Below are positions 1 through 8,923 of a stretch of 64,000 bases of DNA, piece by piece. The stretch is taken from IMG/VR virus record IMGVR_UViG_3300028840_001395, positions 124,001 to 188,000 of that record. One strand, written 5' to 3'. A program made the position numbers and the translations under genes. Each line of letters starts with the position of its first letter. Position 1 is the stretch's first letter. The notes beneath the pieces are model-generated. The model saw only the letters and a program-made list of their open reading frames with translations, was not told the DNA's origin and did not search any database.

Positions 1-1
1 C

Positions 2-304
2 CTACTTGGCCTGGTTCCTGATCAGGAAGGAGATGGCGACCCGGAAGCCTTCCTGCGTGACGATGCCCTTGGCGTTGACCCACTTCTTCGCCAAGGCGAA
101 CTTGGCCTGCGGGGTCTCCATGTTCGGCACCGGCTTCTGCGCCAGGGTCAGTAGGCACCAGCGCGTGAGTGCCTCGACCGCCTGGCGCTGCATGGGAACT
201 GCCGGAGCCTTCGGCTTCACCGGGGCCTTCTTCGCCGGAACGGCCTTCTTCACCGGGGCCTTGACGGGACGACGAGCAGGGCTTGCGGGCTTGCGGGCTG
301 CCAT
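2..304 (-). CDS. Small basic protein with Lys/Ala/Pro-rich (histone-like) N-terminus
   Basis: PAKKA/PVKK repeats; GGAGG RBS upstream; preceded by a class II motif. Confidence 0.6.
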   Translation of the reverse strand: MAARKPASPARRPVKAPVKKAVPAKKAPVKPKAPAVPMQRQAVEALTRWCLLTLAQKPVPNMETPQAKFALAKKWVNAKGIVTQEGFRVAISFLIRNQAK

Positions 305-329
305 CTCATACCTCCAGAGGGAGTGTTCT

Positions 330-355
330 TTGGCTACTAGGTGGGGGGTATAGAG
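330..355 (-). promoter_or_regulatory. Class II motif copy (CTCTAT-N12-GTAGCC)
   Basis: Same 12-nt spacing as copies at 56472 and 62067; sits in the intergenic gap upstream of the 2..304 gene. Confidence 0.4.
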
Positions 356-358
356 GCT

Positions 359-934
359 CTAGTGAGATGTCCCGTAGAGCTTGTGCTCCAGAATGTAGTC
401 CATCACCTTGGGCGGAACCATCTTCCGAGCATGACCCAGACCACCTGGGCCGCTCGCCAGGCTCATCCTGATGTCCGTGCTGCTGATGTCAGGGAGGACG
501 AAGGGCATCTGGGACTCCGCACCATCGGGCCGGGGCATCACGAAGAATTCGACCAACCCGGCCAAGTCCTGCCAACGATGCCAGGAGTGCATCACGCCCT
601 CATTGTCCGAGCCGATGATCAGGAACAGGTCGAAGTCCTCCTTCGGGTACTCGACCCGCATCTTCTCCATGAGATCCACCGTGTAGCGGATACGCAGGAG
701 TCGCTCCATCGAGGACACATGGACGTCCGGCATACCACTGAACGCCCGTCCACACATGAAAAGCCGATGGTCGAAGTCGATGAGGTGGGAGTCCTTGTCG
801 AAGGCGTGGTGCCAGCAGGGGTGGACGTAGATGCGGTCAAACTGGCCCATCACCTGGGCGTAGGCCAGGCCCATGACATGAGCGATGTGGGGTGGGTTGA
901 ACCCGCCGCCGAAGAACGCGATACGCTGCTTCAT
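359..934 (-). CDS. nadD: Nicotinate-nucleotide adenylyltransferase
   Basis: FFGGGFNPPHIAH (HxGH-like), IIGSDN and ISSTDIR motifs typical of NadD. Confidence 0.92.
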   Translation of the reverse strand: MKQRIAFFGGGFNPPHIAHVMGLAYAQVMGQFDRIYVHPCWHHAFDKDSHLIDFDHRLFMCGRAFSGMPDVHVSSMERLLRIRYTVDLMEKMRVEYPKEDFDLFLIIGSDNEGVMHSWHRWQDLAGLVEFFVMPRPDGAESQMPFVLPDISSTDIRMSLASGPGGLGHARKMVPPKVMDYILEHKLYGTSH

Positions 935-1152
935 GGTAACACCAACCCCCAGAAGCCAGGAGTGACCCGAGCTACGTCAGGGCAGAGGTAGGCCCGGCAG
1001 ACGGTGGGTCTCTCCTCACGAGGGAGGGTACATCCCGTGTCGCTCCAGTGGCGACAGTAGCCGTCCTTGCGGTAGGGCTTGGCGAAGCCGTAGCCAGGCT
1101 GGTAGCAGCACTCGCCGCATCCCGTGGGGCATTCCCAGTCCTGACCTTCCAT
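931..1152 (-). CDS. Small CxxxCxxCC cysteine-cluster protein (YkgJ-like)
   Basis: CPTGCGECC...CRHW...C...RPTVCRAYLC. Confidence 0.65.
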   Translation of the reverse strand: MEGQDWECPTGCGECCYQPGYGFAKPYRKDGYCRHWSDTGCTLPREERPTVCRAYLCPDVARVTPGFWGLVLP

Positions 1153-1168
1153 CGGGGCCTCCAGTCAC

Positions 1169-1200
1169 CTAGACTACTCTCGCGTGTGCCCGTGTAAGCC
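1169..1200 (-). promoter_or_regulatory. Class I bipartite phage promoter motif
   Basis: GGCTTAC-N14-GAGTAGTCTAG on the minus strand, upstream of the Cys-cluster/nadD pair. Confidence 0.75.
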
Positions 1201-1504
1201 CCTGGATGGTCGCCATCACCCTGCCGGGGATATTCTGCTCGTAGGGGCGATAGTCCCAGGCGAGCATCTTGGTGAGCCTCTCCTGGTCGAAGGTGTCCTC
1301 GGAGCCTTCCGGATTCCACTCCTGGTCGAAGATGACCAGCATGGTCTTGATGAACTTCCGCAGGTAGTGGTGAACCGAAGGATCTCCGGAGATCTTCCTG
1401 AACACGTCCATGTACTCTACGGGAATGGCGTGGAAGCCCCGCCAGGTGAACGGGAGGAACGCTTGACTACCATCGGGGAGGGTCTTCTGAATCAGATGGT
1501 GCAT
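1169..1504 (-). CDS. Hypothetical protein
   Basis: Co-oriented, fits operon spacing, GC3-biased codons. Confidence 0.6.
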   Translation of the reverse strand: MHHLIQKTLPDGSQAFLPFTWRGFHAIPVEYMDVFRKISGDPSVHHYLRKFIKTMLVIFDQEWNPEGSEDTFDQERLTKMLAWDYRPYEQNIPGRVMATIQGLTRAHARVV

Positions 1505-1517
1505 CCTCGATGCCCTT

Positions 1518-1958
1518 TCACATCAACTTCAAGTGTCCCGTGATCTCATCGATGGCCTTGGGGTGTGCCGGACCGATGGCCACACAGGTCTTGGTAGGTA
1601 CCCCGTGGAACTCCGTCGCCCCCGAATCAGTGATGACTGCCGTGGGGAATCCGAGTTTCTGGGACTCCTCCGCCAGGGCGAGAAGCTCCTCCTCGTCCTT
1701 GCAGCCCACGACGACCTTGGTGAACAGCCCCTTGATCCAGCCCTCCAACCCCGCCGTGTCCAGCATGACGATGAGACAGGCCATCTCCTTGGTCGTCCTG
1801 CCGGGATTCTGAGGGTCGGCATCGACCTCGACCATCCCGAACTCTCCCCGGTCAAGCAGCACCTTCATCGAGGCATGGGCCACCTGGGCGGCAATCTTGC
1901 CCTTCCGCATCTTGAGATCCTTGCGGACGACGATCACCTGCTTCATCTCATCGGCCAT
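1518..1958 (-). CDS. pth2: Peptidyl-tRNA hydrolase, Pth2 family
   Basis: KQVIVVRKDLKMRKGKIAAQVAHAS, TKVVV, ITDSGATE, TCVAIGP...IDEITGHLKL; start reassigned to ATG at 1958. Confidence 0.92.
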   Translation of the reverse strand: MADEMKQVIVVRKDLKMRKGKIAAQVAHASMKVLLDRGEFGMVEVDADPQNPGRTTKEMACLIVMLDTAGLEGWIKGLFTKVVVGCKDEEELLALAEESQKLGFPTAVITDSGATEFHGVPTKTCVAIGPAHPKAIDEITGHLKLM

Positions 1959-1959
1959 G

Positions 1960-2652
1960 CTACACCTCGAAGAAGATGCCGTCCTTCTGGAGTCGGCGGT
2001 ACGTGGGGCAGTCGAAGCGGTAGAGCTTCGGAGGACGCCGCCCGATGCTCTTGGTCTCCCCGGTCTCGACCAGGACACCCAGGCGGAGCACCCGGCGGCG
2101 GAAGTTCCGCTTGTCGAGCTTGCGGTCGAGGATGATCTCGTACACTCGCTGCAACTCGGTCAGGGTGAACTCCTCGGGCAACAGGTCGATGCCCAGCGGC
2201 TGCCAGCGGACCTTGGAACGAAGCCGCTCCAGGCCCACCGCCAGAATCTCGGCATGGTCGAAGGCCAGCGCACCCTGGATCTTGTCGGCGGGTGCCCAGG
2301 TGACGCCCTGGGCGTCGCTGCCAGGTTGAAGCTGCATCCCTGTCCTGACCAGCGCCAGGTAGGCGGTCGAGATGTAGTGCCCTCGGGGATCCCGCTTGGG
2401 CTTGCCGAACGTGTAGAGCTGTTCCAGGTAGGAGAGCTTGAGCCCTGTCTCCTCCTGAAGTTCCCGCTTGACCGCTGCATCGAGGTCTTCATCCGGCTCC
2501 ACATGGCCCCCAGGGAGCGCCAGGAGGCCCTTGAACGGCTCCTCTCCCCTTTGGATGAGCAAGACCTGGAGTTCCTCGAAGTCGGCGCTCACACCGAAGA
2601 CCACGGCGTCCACGGTGTTGACGGCTCGCGGGTACTCGTAGGTGTAGCTCAC
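1960..2652 (-). CDS. nrtR: NrtR-family Nudix + winged-helix regulator
   Basis: Intact Nudix box GHVEPDEDLDAAVKRELQEETGL; AFDHAEIL; C-terminal FTLTELQRVYEIILDRKLDKRNFRRRVL wHTH. Confidence 0.9.
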   Translation of the reverse strand: MSYTYEYPRAVNTVDAVVFGVSADFEELQVLLIQRGEEPFKGLLALPGGHVEPDEDLDAAVKRELQEETGLKLSYLEQLYTFGKPKRDPRGHYISTAYLALVRTGMQLQPGSDAQGVTWAPADKIQGALAFDHAEILAVGLERLRSKVRWQPLGIDLLPEEFTLTELQRVYEIILDRKLDKRNFRRRVLRLGVLVETGETKSIGRRPPKLYRFDCPTYRRLQKDGIFFEV

Positions 2653-3302
2653 GATGCCCCCCGGACAGGCACCTTGCGAATGGCACCCTCCTCGTTGCGC
2701 TCGACGGCCACGTAGACGACCTCGGTGGCGACCACGGCGACGGGAGCCGCTTCACCATCGCGGGAGAACTCCACTTCGACCTTGATGGTCAGGGAGGTGT
2801 TGCCGATCTTCACCAGCGTCGTGTAGAGCGTCACCACGTCACCGATAGACACGGGATGGTTGAACTCGATGCCGTTCATGAAGCGGGTGGCAACATCATG
2901 CTTCGTGTGCTTGCGGGCCTCCACGGCTCCTGCCAGATCGATCTCCGCGAGGATAGCTCCGCCGAATACCTCGCCCCGGTGGTTGGTGTCCTTGGGCAGC
3001 AGGATGCGCCGGATGGCCAGATTCCGCCGAGGGGGCTCCTCCTTGAGCTTCTGTGGCTCATCGTGCATCTGGCACTCGGAGACGTGGGTGAGCATGTGCC
3101 GGTATCCCTCCCGTTCGGGGTCAGGTTCGGTGAGGGTGGTGGCCCAGCACCGACAGTCCGGGTCGCCACAGTCGAGGTCGCAGTAGTCGAAGGCATCCTC
3201 GTCCTCGGGCTGGATCTCGACCCGCAGGCGGTTGGAGTTCTTGATGTAGCCGCTGCCCGGAGAGGGCCACACCCAGTCGCCCGGCTTTCGGCGCTTACTC
3301 AT
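2649..3302 (-). CDS. Hotdog-fold acyl-CoA thioesterase (YciA-like) with N-terminal Cys/His-rich extension
   Basis: PKDTNHRGEVFGGAILAEIDLAG motif and PVSIGDVV; start at MSKRRKPG. Confidence 0.8.
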   Translation of the reverse strand: MSKRRKPGDWVWPSPGSGYIKNSNRLRVEIQPEDEDAFDYCDLDCGDPDCRCWATTLTEPDPEREGYRHMLTHVSECQMHDEPQKLKEEPPRRNLAIRRILLPKDTNHRGEVFGGAILAEIDLAGAVEARKHTKHDVATRFMNGIEFNHPVSIGDVVTLYTTLVKIGNTSLTIKVEVEFSRDGEAAPVAVVATEVVYVAVERNEEGAIRKVPVRGAS

Positions 3303-3342
3303 CTTCGACCTCCAGTTCCTCAATGTACCCCTCGGGGCCACC

Positions 3343-3543
3343 CTAGTCGTCCCGGAAGGTGGCGACGAACTCGCCCTCCATCGTGACCTCGTAGCCATGC
3401 TCGTCGTGGATGGTGTCGGGGAAGATCAGCCCTGCGAACTCACCGTGGAGAACCTCGACCGCGACCTGGCGGTGACGGCTGGCCTTGATCACGTCCGAGG
3501 GTGTGTCCGGCTCGTGTCGGTATCTGGCGACGTAGATCTTCAT
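3343..3543 (-). CDS. Hypothetical protein (66 aa, MKIYVARY...)
   Basis: ATGA overlap with upstream gene; GGAG RBS. Confidence 0.5.
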   Translation of the reverse strand: MKIYVARYRHEPDTPSDVIKASRHRQVAVEVLHGEFAGLIFPDTIHDEHGYEVTMEGEFVATFRDD

Positions 3544-3776
3544 TCGGGAAGCTCCTTCTCCGACCAGATGATGAACGGCCCCTGTCCTGACCCCAAGATC
3601 ATGTAGCCGTGCTCGGGATGCTTGGCCAACCCAGTCGGCCCACTGGGGCCGTCCATCTCCATCCGGAGAATCGCGCGGCCCTCTTCGGGCATCTTGGGGA
3701 GATGCTGTCTCCACTGAGACAGCGGGATGAGGTGCTTCTCGGCCTCGAAGGCGATCTTGCTCAGGTGGTGACTCAC
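3540..3776 (-). CDS. Hypothetical protein
   Basis: Coupled overlaps on both sides. Confidence 0.55.
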   Translation of the reverse strand: MSHHLSKIAFEAEKHLIPLSQWRQHLPKMPEEGRAILRMEMDGPSGPTGLAKHPEHGYMILGSGQGPFIIWSEKELPE

Positions 3777-5518
3777 TTGCTCCCCTTCATCTTGGCCCAG
3801 TAGAGCTTGTCGCCCTGGGCGATGACGAGCTTCGACCCGCTCTTGTAGAGCCGCATGTCGCCCGAGAGCGCCGGGTCATCGATCTCCTTGACCGACGCCG
3901 AATCCTTCCGGGAGGAGCACAGCTCCAGCTTGGAATCCTCGTTGAGACAGACACACACGCCCGAAGCGAGCACCACGAAGTTGAGACCCCCGTGCTGGAT
4001 GTCCTCGACCAGGCGCACGTCGTAGCTGTAGTCACGGGGGTCGAAGCGGAACACCAGCCGGTCATACTGGCCCTTCTTCTCCCCGATGACCATCAGCACT
4101 CCACCGCTGTCCTCATCGGTGCTGTCGAACTTGGCGTCGAGGACGCGGTAGTCGTCCAACTCCTTCATCCGCACCTGGTAGGACTGATCCCCCCGCAGGA
4201 TGGAGACGTGAACGGCCCCGAGGAGTTTCTGGACGACCACACCGGGGTAGAGCCGGGCCGCGTGCTCCAACGTCTGGGCGACCTTGTTGGAGGAGGCGAT
4301 GATATCTGGCCCGGCCTCGTTGAGCACGATGCGATACACGGCGTCCCGAGTCCGCATGTAGAGGTTGCCCCCACCCGACGACACCTCCAGGGCTTCCAGG
4401 TTGAATCCGAGGTACTTGCGATCCTTCACGCTATAGAGCTTGAGCGTCCCGCCCGAGTGGTCAGCCAGCACGGGCCATGCACACCAGGTAAAGCCCAGGC
4501 CAGAGAGCTTTTTCGGGGCGTCTCCACACCGCTTGCCCGGATGGCCCAGGTTGTACCAGATGCCCTGGTCGGTGACAGCGACCAGGGCAGAGGTCGAGTG
4601 CTGGAAGCTGTCCATGCTCCAGAAGCCTCGGACGGTGCCCTTGTGTCCCAGGTCGTCCAGTTCGACCATCTCGATGATGTCCGACCCGGCCACGGCCTTG
4701 ACCTTCGGGACGATGACGGCCACGACTCCGAACTCGCCCGGAGGAGGCAGGCGCTTGCCCTGCTTGAACAGCGCCTCGTACCACTGCCGGTAGGCGGAGG
4801 GGATGACGCTGAAGTCGTAGGCCACCGCAGGCACCTTGACGTTCGGGTCGAACACCGAGATGCCCCGCTGCATCCGGGTCTCCAATCCCTTCGCCGTGGG
4901 GTGCTTGCCCTTGTAGGGGTGGATGCCGGTGAACATCTGGAAGCTGACGATGGCGAAGCTGAACCAGTCGGACAGTTCCGAGAAGTCTGCGGGCTCGACC
5001 GACCAGTCCCGGATCGAGGGCATGATCGCAGAGGCGGGGAAGCTCCGCGTCTGGTAGCTGGCGGCGTCGATGCCGTAGACATCATCGAACTTCTTGCCGA
5101 CGAGGAAGTTCATCTCATTGCCGTCCACCAGGAGCACGTCGGCCTTGTGGACATTGGATACCAGGTCTTGTAGCTTGCGAACAAGCTCCCGCATCCTGTC
5201 GTGGGTCAGGCCCTCTCGCTCTCGGAAGACACGGGGGAACAACTGGCACAACGCCCAGGCGTCCCTGATGAAGCGCATGGTGTAGCCGATGGGCTTCTTC
5301 TTGGTGTCGGTCAGGAGTCCCAACGGGCGAATCACCCGGTCATCCTTGATGGCTGACAGTTCGTGGATCTTGCCCAGCGGGGGCATCGTCTTGGGGTCGT
5401 GGTAGACCTTGAATGACCGCTGGCCACGGGCGTACACGACGCCTTCGCCGCCCTCTCCGACGTAGTTCGCCTGCGTCAGCGTGACCGGCTTGGACTCGCC
5501 CTTGACGTAGACCTTCAT
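3773..5518 (-). CDS. Ser/Thr-type protein kinase (TerY-P triad kinase, YegI-like) with beta-rich C-terminal domain
   Basis: GEGGEGVVY P-loop, FKVYH lysine, DGNEMNFLV catalytic loop, IDAASYQ, SDWFSFAI, GIHPY. Confidence 0.85.
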   Translation of the reverse strand: MKVYVKGESKPVTLTQANYVGEGGEGVVYARGQRSFKVYHDPKTMPPLGKIHELSAIKDDRVIRPLGLLTDTKKKPIGYTMRFIRDAWALCQLFPRVFREREGLTHDRMRELVRKLQDLVSNVHKADVLLVDGNEMNFLVGKKFDDVYGIDAASYQTRSFPASAIMPSIRDWSVEPADFSELSDWFSFAIVSFQMFTGIHPYKGKHPTAKGLETRMQRGISVFDPNVKVPAVAYDFSVIPSAYRQWYEALFKQGKRLPPPGEFGVVAVIVPKVKAVAGSDIIEMVELDDLGHKGTVRGFWSMDSFQHSTSALVAVTDQGIWYNLGHPGKRCGDAPKKLSGLGFTWCAWPVLADHSGGTLKLYSVKDRKYLGFNLEALEVSSGGGNLYMRTRDAVYRIVLNEAGPDIIASSNKVAQTLEHAARLYPGVVVQKLLGAVHVSILRGDQSYQVRMKELDDYRVLDAKFDSTDEDSGGVLMVIGEKKGQYDRLVFRFDPRDYSYDVRLVEDIQHGGLNFVVLASGVCVCLNEDSKLELCSSRKDSASVKEIDDPALSGDMRLYKSGSKLVIAQGDKLYWAKMKGSK

Positions 5519-5772
5519 TTCACCACCCACAGCCAGCCGACGATGCGGCTTTTCTGGTCACCCCTCATGGAATGGAACAGCACGAAGGGATCACCTTTCC
5601 ATCCTTTGCATTTGGGAGGAAGGTCACGTTCGTAGTGGTATCTTTCCACCACGAACCCACAACAGGACTGCGGCTCGGACTCCACCACGAGGATGCACTG
5701 GTTGGGCTGTCCCTCTGGAAGCTCCTCGATGGGGTGAAGGAGAGCCTTGAAGTCGGGATGGAGGGTCTTCAT
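5515..5772 (-). CDS. Hypothetical protein
   Basis: Coupled overlaps, co-oriented. Confidence 0.55.
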   Translation of the reverse strand: MKTLHPDFKALLHPIEELPEGQPNQCILVVESEPQSCCGFVVERYHYERDLPPKCKGWKGDPFVLFHSMRGDQKSRIVGWLWVVK

Positions 5773-6098
5773 CCTGGTGCTCCCGGTGCGAACATCCCCA
5801 TGCCGTAGGTGCCGAAGAACATCTGGGCAAGCTCGCTCTCACGCTTCTCGTCCCGCTTGCCGTCGTTGAGGGCCTCCACGATGAGGCGGATGGCGAGGAG
5901 GAACCGAGGCTGGACCGGCATCTCGTCCGGGATGGCGCTCATGCAGTCCTTGACGGCAGCCACGGCCCAGACGAACTTGCCCGTCCACACCATGTCCTCA
6001 TCCATCGAGCCGTCATCCCAGGCGGAGTCCCAGACGATGCGGAAGCCACCGATGCGCTCGCCTCGCAGTTTGACCTCGATGATGCGTGTGTCAGCCAT
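5769..6098 (-). CDS. Hypothetical protein
   Basis: Coupled, co-oriented. Confidence 0.6.
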   Translation of the reverse strand: MADTRIIEVKLRGERIGGFRIVWDSAWDDGSMDEDMVWTGKFVWAVAAVKDCMSAIPDEMPVQPRFLLAIRLIVEALNDGKRDEKRESELAQMFFGTYGMGMFAPGAPG

Positions 6099-6365
6099 CT
6101 AGCTCCCCCAGTACTCGGCACGGAGCATCTTCTCCGTGAGTGCGTATCCCTTGTTGCACCTCGTCCCGACCAGGTACACCCCATCTTCCAGGGTCCAGCC
6201 GGGCGCACCGAAGTTCGGATGCCGCTGGGCGTGTTCGTGGCCGGAGCAGACGATGATCTTGCCCGATTCGTGGACGAGCAGGCAGTAGTCCTTGAGAAGC
6301 AGGTAGGCCAGGTGCTCCTGATCTTCCAGGGCTGCCTCTGCGATCTCGTCGGCCAGCGTACTCAC
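6099..6365 (-). CDS. Hypothetical protein
   Basis: GTGA overlap with the PP2C gene. Confidence 0.6.
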   Translation of the reverse strand: MSTLADEIAEAALEDQEHLAYLLLKDYCLLVHESGKIIVCSGHEHAQRHPNFGAPGWTLEDGVYLVGTRCNKGYALTEKMLRAEYWGS

Positions 6366-7267
6366 GCATCCCCCAGGTAGATCGCACCGACGCCCAGGTC
6401 ATCGTAGTGCTGCCAGTGGTTCTTCACGCAGAAGCGGGTCAGGAAGCTCTTGCACCTCCGGGCCATAAACTCCCCCGTAAAGCTCTTGATGTCCGTCAAA
6501 TGACCCAGAACCCAGGCCATCGGGATGCGCTCCATCGTCTCGGCGTCCTGGAAGCTCTGAACGCCATCGGAGAACACCGCCACCAGGTCGTACAGCTTGG
6601 GGTCGAAGGTCATGACGAAGGGGAAGTTGTCGTAGGTGACCGTCTGACCCGGTTCACCCTCGATAATCACGGGCCAGTCCCAGTGGTTGTCCGGCTCGGC
6701 CCCCTCCCGCAGCTTCTCCAGGGAATCCCACCGACGCAAGATGCGACCCTCATGCGTCCCACTCGCCTCCATCGTCGCCTCGATGGCCTCCTTGTAGACC
6801 AGGAGCCGGTCCGGGTTGAGCAGGTAGGACAGATAGCTCGGGGCGTTCTGGCAGTCGATCTCGACCACCTCGACCTGTCCCGTCTCCCGCTGCCGGGCAG
6901 CTATCACCCCATCCCCGCAGGTGATGACCTGCACGGAGCCGTCATCCTGCTGGTAGGCCGTCAAGAGGGTGGCGTCAAGACTTTGACGCTTGAGGCTCTG
7001 GGGCAGCTTGTCCAGGGCGTGCCAGATGAGCCAGTCCACCTTCTCGGGCAGCCGGTCACCCAGAATCTCGATCCCCGTGACAGCGGCCATCGTCAGGAGC
7101 CGGGAGCCGAAGTCCGTGTCCGGCGAGCCGGAGCAGCCGTCCGAGACGATGGCGAAGGTGCGGGCACCCTCGTCCACCCCGAACCGGGCCGGGGTCCGAC
7201 CAGAGCGGGCGTAGTCCTGGCAGACCGCGTGAGCCTTGCCCCGAGTGAAGAAGGCATCCGAGTGCAT
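6362..7267 (-). CDS. PP2C-family protein phosphatase (TerY-P triad, YegK-like)
   Basis: AIVSDGCSG, CGDG, AVFSDGV, DDLGVGAI metal-binding motifs. Confidence 0.88.
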   Translation of the reverse strand: MHSDAFFTRGKAHAVCQDYARSGRTPARFGVDEGARTFAIVSDGCSGSPDTDFGSRLLTMAAVTGIEILGDRLPEKVDWLIWHALDKLPQSLKRQSLDATLLTAYQQDDGSVQVITCGDGVIAARQRETGQVEVVEIDCQNAPSYLSYLLNPDRLLVYKEAIEATMEASGTHEGRILRRWDSLEKLREGAEPDNHWDWPVIIEGEPGQTVTYDNFPFVMTFDPKLYDLVAVFSDGVQSFQDAETMERIPMAWVLGHLTDIKSFTGEFMARRCKSFLTRFCVKNHWQHYDDLGVGAIYLGDA

Positions 7268-7279
7268 CGTAGGCCCCCG

Positions 7280-8020
7280 TCAGAAGGTCAACGACTGCGA
7301 CGGCCCGCCCGTGCCGAGCGCCTGGCTCTGAGACGAGAAGGACTTGGAGATGAAACCGCCCAGCTTGGCCAGCTCCTTCTCGGTCGCGTTGGCGATGGCC
7401 ACGTACTGCTGGAACCCCGCCTCGTCCCGGAAGTCCTCCAGGTAGGAGTTGAGGCCCGTGCTGGCGTCCGTGTTCACGCCGATGAGGACCGGCATGATGG
7501 ACTCCAGGGCCTCCTTGCGGCGGGCCTCGGCCAGGGCGTCCTTGACCATCTTGCGGCTGCACTTGCCCTTGTTGTGCTCCCCGTCCGTGATGACGAACAC
7601 GCAGGCGTTGCAGTCGAAGTCGTTGTCCACGAGGGTCTGGCCGTACTGCATGGCCGAGTGGACGGCCTGGTAGGTCGCGTCGTGCAGCGCCGTCAGCCCA
7701 CCCTCGGGCAGGCAGTCGTCGTAGTCGGCCTCGTTGCAGTCCGCCAGCGGCTTGAAGCCGTGGAACTCCTGCACCTTGTCATCGAAGAAGGTCACGCGGA
7801 GCATCATGTTGTCCGCACGGGGAGACCGGCGGCAGGCCTTGACGACCTCCTTGAGCGCGGCCTCGATCTCCTTGCGGAAACCCCAGACCGAGCCGGACAC
7901 GTCCACGACGATCTCGCCCAGCGTGTACTCGGTCGCGCCGAGTTCCTCGATGCGGGTGCCGGAGAACTTGAAGTTGGTGCCACCGATCTGGTGGGTCTCC
8001 ATGTCAGCGAGCTTGGGCAT
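7280..8020 (-). CDS. vWA-domain protein (TerY-like)
   Basis: MIDAS DVSGS, GGLTALHDA, FVITDG; directly upstream of PP2C and kinase. Confidence 0.85.
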   Translation of the reverse strand: MPKLADMETHQIGGTNFKFSGTRIEELGATEYTLGEIVVDVSGSVWGFRKEIEAALKEVVKACRRSPRADNMMLRVTFFDDKVQEFHGFKPLADCNEADYDDCLPEGGLTALHDATYQAVHSAMQYGQTLVDNDFDCNACVFVITDGEHNKGKCSRKMVKDALAEARRKEALESIMPVLIGVNTDASTGLNSYLEDFRDEAGFQQYVAIANATEKELAKLGGFISKSFSSQSQALGTGGPSQSLTF

Positions 8021-8032
8021 CTTGCCCTCCCT

Positions 8033-8887
8033 TCAGGCCAGGAAGTTGACGGTGGTGTCGGTCTTCATCCCCTTGGCGGTCATCTCCTTCACGAAGTCGT
8101 CGCCCAGGGACTCGAAGCCGCCGACGCTGCTGCTGGCGTCCGTGAGCAGGCACAGCTTCTCGACGTACTTGGGGTCGGAGAAGCAGTCCGCGATGTCCCG
8201 CGCCGTGTTGGCCATGCAGTGCGAGAGCGCCTCGCCCGTCATGCCGATGATGTCGGCCTCCTCCAGCGTCTGGATGAGCTTGGTGTTGACCTGCGACTCG
8301 GGGTCGTTCGGGTCGGGCACCTCGGCCTTGACGCCGGAGAAGTGCTCCGTCCAGGGGTTGCTGCCCTTGGTCACGTAGTCGGTCTGGGCGAAGTTGCGCT
8401 CCTCCCAGCCCTGGAGCGCCTGGAACACGACGGGCACGATGTTGTGGCCCCAGGAGCCGATGAGGCAGTGCGGGGGCCAGATGCAGTGCGGGTAGCGCCC
8501 ACCCGCCGTCAGGGCCTTGAGGTAGTCCCGCGAGCGGTCGAGGAAGCTCGGCAGGTGGGTGGTGAACTCCTGGTCGGTCGGGGCCATGTTGTTCGTCGGG
8601 TCGAGGGCAACGATCTTGTCACCGTCCATCCCGAGCAGCGTGAAGGGCGCGGGCGGGTTGCCCGCCGAGTCCTTCCACCACTTCGGGTGGGAGATGTCGA
8701 TCAGCCGGTGGCTGTCGAGGGTGACGTGGATGTCATCGAACTTGTCGCCCACGCGGTCGATCATCGCCGCGAGTCGCGTCATGTCCTCGTCCGCGCCGGG
8801 CACCACGAGTGCCCCCTGGTTGCCGTGTCCGTCGTCCGCGATGCAGAAGTCGTTCTGCGGGTCGATGATCAAGAGCTGGATGTTCAT
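8033..8887 (-). CDS. pncA: Nicotinamidase (isochorismatase/cysteine hydrolase family)
   Basis: LLIIDPQNDF, TLDSH...HP..W, WPPHC...WG, KG, GEALSHC catalytic Cys. Confidence 0.88.
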   Translation of the reverse strand: MNIQLLIIDPQNDFCIADDGHGNQGALVVPGADEDMTRLAAMIDRVGDKFDDIHVTLDSHRLIDISHPKWWKDSAGNPPAPFTLLGMDGDKIVALDPTNNMAPTDQEFTTHLPSFLDRSRDYLKALTAGGRYPHCIWPPHCLIGSWGHNIVPVVFQALQGWEERNFAQTDYVTKGSNPWTEHFSGVKAEVPDPNDPESQVNTKLIQTLEEADIIGMTGEALSHCMANTARDIADCFSDPKYVEKLCLLTDASSSVGGFESLGDDFVKEMTAKGMKTDTTVNFLA

Positions 8888-8923
8888 GGTCTCCTCCTCA
8901 CCCCTCCGTTGGGGCGCTTGGTT

